This document shows, one piece after another, positions 13,571-25,870 of a DNA stretch of 64,000 bases. Location: NCBI GenBank assembly GCA_050084515.1, contig CM114271.1:29450001-29514000 (forward strand), given 5' to 3'. The position numbers were made by a program, and so were the translations under genes. This DNA comes from Blasia pusilla (taxonomy: Eukaryota). Within the stretch, counting starts at the first letter, position 1. Every line of letters starts with the position of its first letter. The notes below the pieces were generated by a model that saw only the letters and a list, made by a program, of their open reading frames with translations, ran no database searches and was not told the DNA's origin.

Positions 13571-13913
13571 CACAATAGGTGTGGTATCAAAGGGTGTCAT
13601 CGTAGCCTAGCCTCCCTGCTACCTTGCGTTCCTGAGACCTGTCACGCACCGATGCAAATGCCTCGCTCCACGCGGTCTACACCTACTCATCTCCCAATCG
13701 TCGAAGCTCCTCAGTTGAGCCCCACAACGGCACCTCTCCTCCACAAAATGATGTGGCTACCATAACACTCCTCTCCATAGAAATGTCAGGAATGGGAGTA
13801 TCCTCTACATGGACATGTCCCTCAATCAAATCACTAGGCCAAGTGATGGCACTTCTAAATGCTGCTAAGGTCGCCATCTCTCCTGGTCGTTGCTCGATCA
13901 CTACACATGTGAA

Positions 13914-14280
13914 TCAAACGGGTAATGAGCTAAGGCGCCCATCACCTGATTGCCATCCTAGTCTGTAGGACGCTGACTCCTCCCAGTAATCCAAGGCAAA
14001 CCCCATCGAGTATAACACTGCTCCACCAACCAAGACGTTGTAGGGCTCTGCATCAGTCATTATCGCCTTGGCTCTCACCACGGACTCATCAGTAGGATGT
14101 CCCGGGAAAATCCTCGCCACGACCTTCTGTCGGGTGATATACTGTGTGGTACTCGCTCCACCCAAGGATGTCTGTATCCGGAATGGACAACGCTCCACAT
14201 CGGCTCTCGTCAAGCCCAATTCTTTGAATGACGCTTTCCCCAACATCAGGGGTTGTGCTCCTAAATCCAACAAGATGCGC
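13914..14280 (-). pseudogene. Retroviral-type aspartic protease, copy 1
   Basis: LLDLGAQPLM (variant D-x-G site) ... IQTSLGG ... YNVLVGGAVL; lies between gag and the DNMT domain. Confidence 0.7.
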
Positions 14281-14870
14281 TATGGACTAAACGCTCTACC
14301 TCCGGGACTCACCAACTAGAAGACCTCTCCTCGGTTATCCATCAACACAACACCAGGAGAAGCCATGGCACGCTCTATCGCTGGTCTCCGCCATCCTAGC
14401 AGCCGCATCCTGCCATGAATATGATATGGATGGCCCGAACATCCGCTCCAAGGGCAAGTCCGATCCATCACCTCTTCTGCAATCACCTCTAAACGTGATG
14501 CAGGAACTCCAACTCCACACTCACATAGCGTAGCGGCCAGCCAAAAAGCCTCGGCGGGCATACCCCCCAATGTCATAATATCGGAAGCAGAAAATATAGG
14601 AGCGCGGTACACAACGGTGGCCGCCCCCAAAAACGTGCTTGATACATGCCCCTCTTGAGCATCAAGAATAGGAGTCGTCGCACTTGCTTCTCCCATCGCC
14701 CTCCCTGCCTCCACACCAACAACATTACCAACTTTCTAGGAACTTTGATGAGGACCCATCGATGGGATCCTCATCGCTTTGGACAACATGAAATACTAAG
14801 GAAGCCTAGTCTATTTTCCGGCTTCTTCTCGCTGTGGATCCAACTCTACGGGTGCTCCACGCATCACAAC

Positions 14871-15756
14871 CGAGTTATACACACGAAGTTGTGAGAGATT
14901 TGAGTTTCTGCTCTTCTAGATTTGAAGATTTCAGATCTGAATTTTTCCGAGGCCATAACTTTTAGGTGGAGTGTCATGTAAAGCTGAGATTTGAAGAAAA
15001 CGTGGAGTATAAAAAGGTGCCCTAGCCCTCAAAATTTCAAACACAACAGAGTTATACACACGAAGTTGTGAGAGATTTGAGTTTTTGCTCTTCTAGATGT
15101 GAGGATTTCAGATCTGAATCTTGCCGAGGCCATAACTTTGAGGTGGAGTGTCATATGAAGCTTCAATTGGGAGAAAACGTGGAGTATAAAAAGATGCCCT
15201 AGCTCTAAAAATTGCAAATACAACCAAGTTATACACACGAAGTTGTGAAAGATTTGCGTTTCTACTCTTCTAGATTTGAGGATTTCAAATCTGAATCTTT
15301 CCGAGGCCATAACTTTGAGATGGAGTATCATCTAAAGCTGAGATTTAGAGGAAACTTGGAATATAAAAAGGTTCTCTAGCCCTAAAACTTTCAAGCACAA
15401 CCGAGTTATACACACGAAGTTGTGAGAGATTTGAGTTTCTGCTCTTTTAGATTTGAGGATTTCAAATCTGAATCTTTCCGAGGCCATAACTTTGAGATGG
15501 AGTGTCATATGAAGCTGAGATTTAAAGGAAACGTGGAGTATAAGAAGGTGCTTTAGCCCTAAAAATTTCAAGCACAACCAAGTTATACACACGGAGTTGT
15601 GAGAGATTTGAGTTTCTGCTCTTCTAGATTTGAGGATTTCAGATCTGAATCTTGCCGAGGCCATAACTTTGAGGTGGAGTCTCATATGAAGCTGAGATTT
15701 TGAGACAATGTGGAGTAGCTAGAGGCGTCTTAACCCTCAGAATGTCAAGTACAACC
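14871..15756 (+). repeat. Five tandem 177-bp monomers in the LINE 5' UTR
   Basis: Motif (g/a)agttatacacacg recurs at 14872, 15049, 15226, 15403 and 15580 (period 177); a diverged partial unit follows. Confidence 0.95.
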
Positions 15757-15831
15757 AACTTCTAGAGCAGAAGTTGTGTGGTGTTGGAGATTCAATTATA
15801 CTTTCTGGGATGTAGTGAAGTCGACTACAAG

Positions 15832-16587
15832 ATGACTACTCAAGACGAAATCTTGAATCTAGTGCAAGTGGTCTTGCATGAATTGAAAGAGCTTTGACAA
15901 GAATTCAAGGCACAAGCTTCTTAATTAAACCATGCACATATTCAAATCCGAGAGTTGAAGGCAACGCAAGAGGTTTTGAAGAAAGTGTTGAAAGATAGTT
16001 CTAGTGTGATGCTGGATCTTTCCAAATATGTTGCGGATGTTCAAGAGAAGGCATCATCCTTGGTGACTACTCCCAATAGTTCAGGATTGTATGAGGTTGT
16101 TGAAACTTTAGAAGTGAAAATGAAATCTTATGCTGAAGCTACAAAGGTTGCTCATATCTCTTTGTGTCAAGAGCAAGAGATAGAAAAAGAAAACCAATTT
16201 GCCCGTAGAAAGAATGTGAGAATCTCAGGTCTGCCGAAAACAGAGACCGAAGAGGTGAAGAGTGTTGTCACCAAGTTCTTGGTTGATACACTTCATGTTC
16301 ATAACCCGGACTTGGCTCAAGCTCTCCGTATTGGGAAAACGGGCACACAACCTCGTGCCATTCTAGTCAAGTTTGTTGATCAAATTCAACGTGATACTGC
16401 CATGGCTAACAAGGCCATTCTCAAAGGACGAAGGATATGGTTGGATCCTGATCTCACACCTCTACAAGTCGAAGCTAGGAGAAAGGAGCTTGCAAAGGTC
16501 AAAGAGGCTCAAGAAGCAGGTTTTATTGCTTATCTACGCGATGGTCGAGCAATTGTTACCCAGAGAAAAAGAGAGTTATCAACCTAG
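15832..16587 (+). pseudogene. LINE ORF1 (coiled coil + RRM-type)
   Basis: RRKNVRISGLP...ALRIGK...PRAILVKF...LKGRRIWLDPDLT is typical of LINE ORF1. ATG at 15832 is followed by two in-frame stops before the open part at 15955-16587. Confidence 0.8.
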
Positions 16588-16605
16588 CAATCCAAGAAGC
16601 TGAGA

Positions 16606-19600
16606 GTGTTGATGTGGAATATACGAGGCCTTTCAACAACAAAGTATGTGAGTGCTCTACCAATTTGGGGGATGGCGGATATTATCAATATTTTGGAGAC
16701 TTGGGAACATGAGATCAATACTATTGCAGATATGCAAGGGTTTACTTTGGTGGGATCGACATGGAATCAAAGAAGGCAACGGGCAGGAAGGGGTTATGGC
16801 GATATTGCTACTTTCATCAGGTCTCAATTTCTACCTCTCATACATCTAGAAGATCAAGATATTGAGGGCCAATATCATTGGCTACGTCTTGGTTTGGTTG
16901 GGGGATCTTATTGTTATCTGGCAGTTTGTTATTTTGCACCACTCTCCATGCCTATCTACTCAACACGCACTCACAATCGAAGTCAACCGTTCCATCGATT
17001 TATTGGGGATGTTCTCAAATATCAAAGCAGAGGTGAAGTCTTTCTAGTTGGAGATTTCAATGCTCGCATACGTACTGCTCAATTTACCCAATTCAGTAAT
17101 TCCTTGATTTCTCCTCTTCTCGAAGAATATGCGGATGGTTTGTGGTCTAGAATCTCTTAAAATCTTTCTACAAATCCTTTGACAAAGCATTTTTTAACCT
17201 TTGGAGCCACTTGTAATTTGAAAGTTCTTAATGGAACCTCTCATTTTCCCAACTCTCACTCCAATACGTGTTTCTCCTCTACCGGCGCTAGCACCATCGA
17301 TTATCTTGTGTCCTCACCCACAATAGCTCTCTTATCTCTACATTTGATATTCTAGAACCTCAGCCTGAATCAGATCATGCACCTCTTTTGTTTACACTCT
17401 CACTGTCAAAGGCAATTCCTCTCTCGACATGTCAATCTATTTTAGCTTCTCGCAAGTTTCGCTTAGATCTTGGTAAAACAGATCTTTATACGCTACATTT
17501 ACAAGAACTCTTGACTCGCATTGTATGGAGCCCGGATCCAAACACGGCAAGTATGCAACTAACCGAATTGCTAAAAAACAGTGCATCTAAGTTCTTTTCG
17601 CGCCACAGGGATAGAAGTGCTAGGAGGTTATCTTATAATGGGTGGTTTGACTCTCAATGCAAGCAAGCAAGGGCACGATCAGTTGATAAATCTTTGGATA
17701 TCCCAAGTCGGCTTATTATGACGAGCCTTTACAAATACTTGGTGAAATCTAAGAAACGAGCTTTCTTGCGGCGGAAACAAGAGTCCTTGAGTTTTGGAGA
17801 CGGTTAGTAGTACGGTCTTCAAAACCTATTCTTGATCCCAAGTCTTTGATATCTTTTGCCGAAAAGCTCTATTTCTTCCCCGATGCTACATCTATGCCAC
17901 GTTGTGAAGGAATACCTGGCTTATTCTCTGAAGGAGAGGTGATGACTCAACTAAGAAGATTGGCGAATGGTTAATGTGAGGATTTGGATGGTCTTTCTAT
18001 TGAACTTTTCAAGTGGGGAGGAGATTGTATTGGACCAATCCTCACCAAAGTATTGGGTGATGCTGCTATCTATGGTTTTCCTTCAACCTGGTCGCTACGG
18101 GAGATTGTTCCTATTCACAAATCAGGAAGGAAGGACTTGGTAACAAACTATCGCACTATCATGGTGGGTAGTGGTTTTGCCAAGTTGTTTGGGAAATTGG
18201 TGGAGTCGAAGTTGAGCACATGGACAGAGACTTTCCAAAAGAGAGCACGAGTCCAAGCTGGTTTTCGTCCAACATACAACACCATCGACCATATCTTGGC
18301 CTTGCGTGTTTTATGGGAGAAATCTAAGGGCAATGGAAAAGCTTTGTTTTTCGGCTTCATCGATTTCAAGAAAGCTTTTGATACTGTACCTCATAAGCTC
18401 TTATGGGAAAGGCTGCAAGCCATTGGAGTACCATCAAATCTCCTAGCAGCCGTGGCCACGTTATACCATTCCGTTCGGGCCAAGATCAAAGGTTCACAAA
18501 TTCAAGAGATCTTGAGTACCTTTGGAGTCATTCAAGGTTGCCCTCTCTCTCCTACACTTTTTGGAGTTTTCATAGATGATATCGAAAAGTGGTTGGAGGA
18601 ATGTGATAGTAAAGATGTCAAGCTTGGGGACTTTGTCATCAAAGCTCTATTGTATGCAGATGATATCATATTACTAGCACGTGATGGCATTAGTTTACAA
18701 AAGCACCTCGATACTTTGGCAAGATTTTGTACCCAGAATCAGATGGAGGTTAATATGGAGAAGTCTAAAGTCATTATAGTGGATACTAGATCCAAGTTCT
18801 CGTTCTTTTACAAAGGTTTACAATTAGAACAAGTGAAGAGTTACAAATATCTAGGCATCGATTTCTCTAATGACTATAGTTGGGCACTTTGCGTGCAAAA
18901 GAGAGTAGAAGCTGGTTACAAAGCTCTATATTCATTTTTAAACCGGTGTAGAAGAGCTCATCTTGTATCTTGGAGGCTTAGGAAATTCTTATTTAGGAGC
19001 ATAGTGTTGTCGGTGGTCTTATATGGGACCCAAGTTTGGGGCCCTAGTTGTAAGACGACAGGTTGGGAGTGCGTGGAGAGGGTGCAAAAGATCTTTCTAC
19101 AAGAAGAATTGGGTGTAAGAAACCAAACTCTGTATGCTATTCTTCTTGCGGAAACAGGTTGTCTTCCTCTAGAAGCTGAAGCTCTTTACTTGACCATCAC
19201 TTACATCGCAAGGGTGAGATCTCTTGATGTTTCTCGCCTCCCTCATCAAGCTTTGCGAGCCACACGTTCCATAGGGTGGATGGCGGATGTGGTGACTTGG
19301 TCTTCAAAGTGGAATGTGGCGGAACGCGATTGGGACTTGAAACCAATGACCCTCCGTGAGCATCTACAAAAGCAATTTCTCAACATCATTTGGAGCAGTC
19401 CGGGCACCAAAATAGAGTTTTATCAACTTCATGTTAATCCTATGCTTGTATATTGTGAACAAGGATACCTACTTGCGCGGATCTCCACGTTCTTACGACA
19501 TATTATCGCACGTCATAGAACTCGGTCTCATAGGCTAGGAATTGAGGAAGGACGATGGTTTAAAATTGATAGAAGTGAACGAATTTGTAGGTTATGTGAC

Positions 19601-19781
19601 GGAGAAAATATTGAGGATGAAGAGCATGTGTTTGTTACATGTCCAAGATATGAAGAGATTAGACTAGCTCATAAAATAGATGTGGAGAATTTCTATTCTT
19701 TACTATAGCTAGTGCCTTATGATTTAGGTTGTTATATTAGGGACGTCATTATTCATCGCTCAAGTGCTCTAGGCTGTAGCT
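16606..19781 (+). pseudogene. LINE ORF2 (AP endonuclease, RT, C-terminal CCHC)
   Basis: MWNIRGL, LETW, VGDFNAR, IDY, SDHAPL; NYRTI, QAGFR, FIDFKKAFD, QGCPLSPTLF, LLYADD, YKYLG; ERICRLC...EDEEHVFVTC. Several stops and frameshifts. Confidence 0.92.
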
Positions 19782-22700
19782 AGGAGAGAAGGTCTTAAGG
19801 ATCTTTTTCATGGTCAGTGAATGAATGACTTGAAATGTGTTTTTCAGCCTTTTGACCCTTTGGGTCCCACGGGCTTGATCTATTTACCATTTATCATTTA
19901 CAACTGCGGCGGCCTCCATCTGGGCAACCCCGCACATCCAACCAGGATCCTCCATATCTCTGGCTGCTCCATATGATGTCAATGCCACGGATCCGGCATT
20001 GGGTAACCTCAATGCCATAGCGGCAATCTGCTCCTGTAGCTACTGTATCTAAGCAACCATCCCAGCCTCACGTCCGGCGTCTCCCTCAACGCGTCTAAGT
20101 GGTGTTACTCTACCTCCTCCACGGGCAGCTCCACCACCCTATCAAGCAACTCCAGCTCCTCGTCCCCCAACGGGACCACCTGGTGCACGATCTCTAGGCC
20201 CACCCGGACTGGCTACTCGGTTTGGTGCCCTCTCTGGCCCTCGGTGCGGACATAACTCAGGATGTAAACTGAAACACCTGGCGCGTGTATGAACATACCT
20301 CTGACAATAGTCACACTAATAACCTCCTGGTGCAGCAGTATCTCCTCCTCCATGTTGAGGCACACGTCCATGACCTAGACGAGTGCAATCGCACTGATGA
20401 TGGGCTCCACCACATGACCAACAAGTAATAGTAGGCAGTTGCTACTTAGCTGTATATGAAGGCGCACGTCTCTATGGCACGGCCTCTCCATATCCTCCCT
20501 GATATCCACAGTCGACCTATCTCAGAGTCCAGATTGCTGCATAGGTGGTGCAGACAATCGCAACTGCTCTTGCCTTGAATACATGGTGGCTACGCTCTCC
20601 TCCGCCATGTTGCACTCAATGTTCTTGGCGGTCTTAAAAACATCTCTCAATGTAGGGGAGGTATTCATAAGAATCACCCCCTCCTGCACCCGTGTCCGCA
20701 CCGTCCGGTCCAGCATCGCGTACTATGACTGGATAGCCTGAGCCTCTATCACCCCCTGAGTGACGTTGATCAACCGGCGCAAGCAAGTGTAAGCCTCATG
20801 CAAACTCTTACCCGGGCGCCTTTGGAAGTCGTGGATGCTCCGCAACTTCTCCGCTTGTACCCCTTGGTAGCTCGCCCTCAACTCAACAAAGAACTCAACC
20901 ACAGGGTTAAACTTGGGACGAACCCGACTAGAAGGTACAACTGCTCCCGTGCCACTGACCCCTCCTAAAATGTCACTAGTGGAAGAGAAAGTAGCCTCTC
21001 CTGACTACTCCTCCTTATCTGGGAACGGCTCCATCCATGACATATAATGTGGGTCATAGTAGAGCCTCTACGCCTCGATCTCACATGCATATCTTTGAGA
21101 GAACTCATGGAAATCGTCCATGGGCGCCCCTCTAAATGCAGGAACATATCGTTCCATGCTGTAAACGGGTTGAACTCTCTAGAGTCCCTGGCCCGCTGGG
21201 AGTCGCACCAACTCCTAAACTCTGCTATGAAATTGTGCAACTCAATCGTACCTACTGCACCTGAAAACCTACGGGGTCTTCTACCCTGGTCGTCCATCTC
21301 GTACGCCCAACTGGTAGGACCACTCACAATGTGTGGCAATGTGCTCACAAACTTCTCTACATCCTTCCTCCTTGTCTGAAAATGACACAGAAGGAGGTCG
21401 AGATGGTCCCTCACGTGGAGATCCTCGGAACCTCGCGCCACTCCGCGTAAAACCTCCAAAGCTACTCTCGGGTTCATCACCTTGCCTCTCAAGGTCTCGA
21501 ACGGAAGTCGTGATGACCCTTGTGCCCCTCTCACCCGATCACTCTTGCCTCGCGAGTAATCCCTCAATCACTCATCCCAAATATATGACACTCGAACTAC
21601 ACTCTCCCTCCTTGAGGCGTGTAACAAGCGGCAACAAGCGGCGTAGTGCGGCAAATCGACGAGGCTATCATCTCATCGACAACCTACCCTCAACTCCGGA
21701 CATCCCACACAGGTCTATGTCCCCTAAACTACATACATAAATGATGCTCTCAGCATCCACATACCCAATATCCCCAAATAAACTACCCAAATCCCAGAAT
21801 CCCTCACACGTGAAGGGTAAAGGACCAAAATGGATAACCTGAACACATGTCGATATCGCACCTCAACAATTGCAAATCTCGACCCCAACTCGGTCATGGG
21901 GACAACTCCTTCAATCACCAAGTCAAACTCCTCCCGTGATGTTGCTCAAAACTTCTCGATAGACAGTGCGGTTCCTGCGGAATGGTGCGGCGTTGCACGC
22001 GGCACGGAACGGCTACGAACGACACGACCCCTCGATGGTGGGATGCGGCACTCAGTGGCATACCCTCCTCAATCAACAATAAACCGCCACTGTGCTCCAT
22101 AATGATGGTTCGGCTCCATGATCGAGACGGTCCGGTGCGGCCACAAGAGGCACGGCACGGCAATCAACGACGCGTTGCAGCTACGGGCGTCACGACACGG
22201 TACTCGATCATCGTCGAGCGGCTACCAATCACAACATAGCAGCATGAAATCACAACTCAAACACCATAACCGGAGGTCATCTACCATCATTGGTTCATGA
22301 AAAAACTACGATGATAGTGACGGCCAAAACAAAGTACATGGTGGCGACGCAAGTCAGAGAATCAACGAACGTCGTGGAAGACCATCCACTCCGTAACGGC
22401 AGAAATGGCAACCAAAGGGTGGACAACGGACGGTGGACCATGATGATGATGGTTGACCATTGATGATGACAATGATGGTGATGGTTGACCATTGACGGTG
22501 ACTATAACGGCGACGGCCGCCGGCGGCGTGGCGGCTGGTTTAGGGTTTGAACAATTTAACCCTAAAAATCGCCTAGCAATGGCAATTTTGCAAGAATCAC
22601 CTTAACTTTTTGTTAAAAATTCAAAATTGCACATTTTTTGTTGCACAGCGTGCACAACTTCACAATCTACGAAAAAATTAAAAAATATTTAGAATCAAAC

Positions 22701-23086
22701 ATTCCAGTAAAAATTGACAGGGACTATTGTAAAGCCCAATGTCTCTTTCTCCTATACAAAATTTGGCAGTGCTTCCACGCTGATTTCTCCCAACAAAAAT
22801 GTAAAACCTGTAAAAATACAAATCAGCAAGCTTCATGGTGCTCTTGAGAGAACCGGCATAGGGCAACCCGCCCCCATAATCAATCCCTATCAGAAATCAC
22901 GCAGCGCTTCCGTGCGCCACTCTTCCCCATGAAAAATCAACAAAAGCAAAGAACAATCAAAGCAGCCCTTGCTCCGGTGAGCACTCCCATGAGCCGCTGA
23001 ACAAGGAACATGGTCCCCAACCTACAAAAACAGCAAGTGACCAGCGAGCTCCCCCATCAAGCTCTCTCACTCTCTCATTCTCTTTT

Positions 23087-23531
23087 TGTAAAGTAAGATC
23101 CAATCTCTCTCTACACCATCTCACACCATAACTCTCAAAGTTGTGCACTCTCTCTCATGTCAAACCAAACCCACTCTCCTAGTGAGAGGCTTGGGTTACA
23201 CTCACAAGGCAATGGACCTTAGCTCCGCCGCCTTATGCCAAGAGGTTCAACAAAGAGAAAATGAGCTCTCAAGCTCTCTCTCCTTGAGGTATACCCCTCC
23301 CTTCTCCCAAGCTCTCTCCGTGGTAACCTATTCTCCCAAGTCACCTCCTTGGCTCTTGACCTGATGTAGGAGGTCAAGGGACACTTACCAAAAATAGTAA
23401 ACGAAGGGAAAACCTGCTCTCTCAGGTTTCCCGGGGCCTCAGCAAGTCATCCTCGACCTACTGAGCCTGTTCTCCCCTACTCACGAAGGCGCTCTACTAC
23501 ATCTCACCGATCTCTCCTAAAAGACGTGACA
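23087..23531 (-). repeat. 5' terminal repeat A of copy 1
   Basis: Homologous to 33510-34020, 9254-9415 and (inverted) 44254-44795; begins TGTCAC on minus. Confidence 0.9.
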
Positions 23532-23540
23532 CAAGTCCTC

Positions 23541-24420
23541 ATGGCATTTTCATTGTATCATGAAGTTAACTTTTTCTCCCACCATTGGATGGTGATGAAA
23601 CCTGGAATACACCAAGGCCTTAAATTTCTTGGACGGTTCAGATCTGCCAGTTAGCTCTCCGCGCTCAAACCAATCATGAAAGATTGGATTTAGGGTTTAG
23701 GATTTTTAATTCCATATGTGAGTGTTCATTTGAAGTTTTTTCTTTTTCCCTCTGTTTCTCGGTTAGGGTTTCCATCCAGGAGAAAGTTTCATGATTTTTG
23801 GGCCCCATGTGGAGGGTGGAGGGTACAAAAAGCGACACCAAGTAGGAGGAAGAGGGCGTTGAGTCTGATTGTTTCGAGTCGTAATGGCATTTTCATTGTA
23901 TCATGAAGTTAACTTTTTCTCCCACCATTGGATGATGATGAAACGTGGCACACACCAGCATCTTAAGGAGGAGGGAAGGAAATGATGGATCAAGAAGGAG
24001 GACGAGGACTTTGAGTGATTTCGTTCCCTGGCGTTGCATTATTTTCATGGTAACATAGTGGTTTCTTTTCTTTCCACAATTGGATGGGGATGAATATTTT
24101 TCCTAGCCTTTCTATTAGATTTCCCAAGAACTTTTACGGTTCAGATCTTCCATTGAAGCTCCCATGCTAATACCAAAAATCAAAAACCTTATTTAGAGTT
24201 TACGGTTTTAATTCCATATGTGAGTGGTCATTTGTAATTCTTTCTTTTGGCTTGTGTTCCTCAAGTTGGGTCGCCTCCCTGGGAAAATTTTCAAGATTTA
24301 AGGACTCATGGTTGAGGAGGAGAGGAGAAAATGATGGATCAAGAAGGACTTATAGTAGTCTTTTTCTTAGGCGTTGTGTCATTTTCAGCGTAACATGGTG
24401 GTAACTTTTTTTTCCACCAT
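23541..24420. repeat. Diverged internal duplications upstream of CACTA TnpD
   Basis: atggcattttcattgtatcatgaagttaac...cccaccattggatg at 23541 and 23885; ttccatatgtgagtg at ~23710 and ~24212; aaatgatggatcaagaagga twice. Confidence 0.7.
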
Positions 24421-24423
24421 TGT

Positions 24424-24564
<141 letters not shown>

Positions 24565-25870
24565 CCTCTCCCTCTCCCCTGGCGGGAGCGTGGATAAAAT
24601 TGTTACGTGACTCTAAGATAGGAACGTCCCAGATATTTGACGCCAGTCAGGTGAGTTTTAGTAGATCCCATTTCATACGGCAAGGAAGACCTTGGCAAGG
24701 AGCAAGTAGATTCCTCGACCTGGATGACTTACATTTCGGGAACTTCTTCTATCGAAATGTATGTCATTAATTATGCACTTTTCTTTATTTTTTACCCTGG
24801 CGGAATGCTTCCTTGCTTTCCATGTAGTAGAACTCTTTCTTTGTCAGAAAGCTGCTACAGTTATGTTTACTTTGCGATATGGAGGCTATCTATTTTTCAG
24901 TAGCATTTTCGAATGAATAATGAGCCATGGAAAAATATTAGTGTTGAAGTAACGAGATTTCCTCTAAGGCAACTAAAAAGATGGCTTTAGTTCCGGGGAA
25001 TGCTAAATCACCAATCGATCTAGAGTGCAACAAGGGAGTGCAGTAGTAATACGTGTTGCATGAGGCATGCTTCAAGGACATGGATTTCCTTCGACACATC
25101 TAAAGTTATCACATCCAAATAAAATAGATGTGAACTGTCTTTAGAGATCCTTTCAAACGTTTCCAAGACATGGATAAGTGTGTATTCTGAATTGATGACA
25201 TGCTAAAGGCATTGGAAATGAGAGCAATGTAGACGTTGATCGTGCGGGAGAGTTTAGAGGTGTACCGGTACGTGTTCGGAGGACAATTCTCAAGGAACAG
25301 CTACTTCTCAAGGCATCATGCCTTAAATATATACATATCGTGCCAACCATGGAATTGGTTGAATTTGGCTCAACTAGTGTTGTGTATCAGGTACAGGAGC
25401 AAAGGAAGACTCAAATATCACATAGGGGACCAAGACATTCACTCCTTGACCTACCAACTACTTACTTGTACGTCACTCTTCTCATTGTTCTCCTTGCGCC
25501 TTCATGTAGGTTAGACCCTTGCTTTAGTGGTTAATTTGATGTGAGTGTAAGGTGAAGTACTATGGTCACTCACAACAAATTAGCTTTATAGTTTTTTTGT
25601 CCAGATCTTCGCTCGAAAAATTTATTAGACCATGGCTATGATGAAATGTACATATCAAAGGATTAAGTCATTATCTAAAGTTGGGTGTGTTACATTTGTC
25701 ATTCAGGAATGTCCTTGGAAGCGTTGGACCACATCGGTGAGGATTGTTAGTGACGATTGAAATCTCTATCGAGATAAGTCCGAGATTAGGTATATGTGCC
25801 TTATCATACTTTTCTTGACTTCACGTGGGTGTGCATTCGTCTAAGATGATAGCTCGTCCAGCCATGGTTT

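Larger units (their letters stand above)
14871..19899 (+). mobile_element. Near full-length APE-type LINE (RTEX-like) inserted into copy 1
   Basis: Flanked by ACAAC at 14866-14870 and 19900-19904; removing it restores the sequence seen in copy 2 (cgtcacaactgcggc at ~39871). Contains 5' monomers, ORF1, ORF2 and a 3' tail tatttaccatttatcattt. Confidence 0.9.
9254..23531 (-). mobile_element. DNMT3/PHD-carrying Ty3/gypsy-type retroelement, copy 1 (degenerate, interrupted by a LINE, 3' terminal repeat truncated)
   Basis: Minus-strand order: repeat A (23531-23087, starts TGTCAC), leader, gag (~21330-19905 and 14870-14320), protease (14280-13914), DNMT (13570-12920), RT (12580-11800), RNase H (11720-11400), integrase (11000-10000), PHD (9873-9739), repeat B (9545-9456), 40 bp, partial repeat A (9415-9254). 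Confidence 0.9.

Noticed and set aside
15029-15685. Minus-strand ORFs with a repeating 59-aa unit
   Set aside because: By-product of the 177-bp monomers, antisense to the LINE and interrupted by stops.
14871-15756. Possible CRISPR-like array
   Set aside because: Whole units are repeated with no unique spacers; eukaryotic LINE context.
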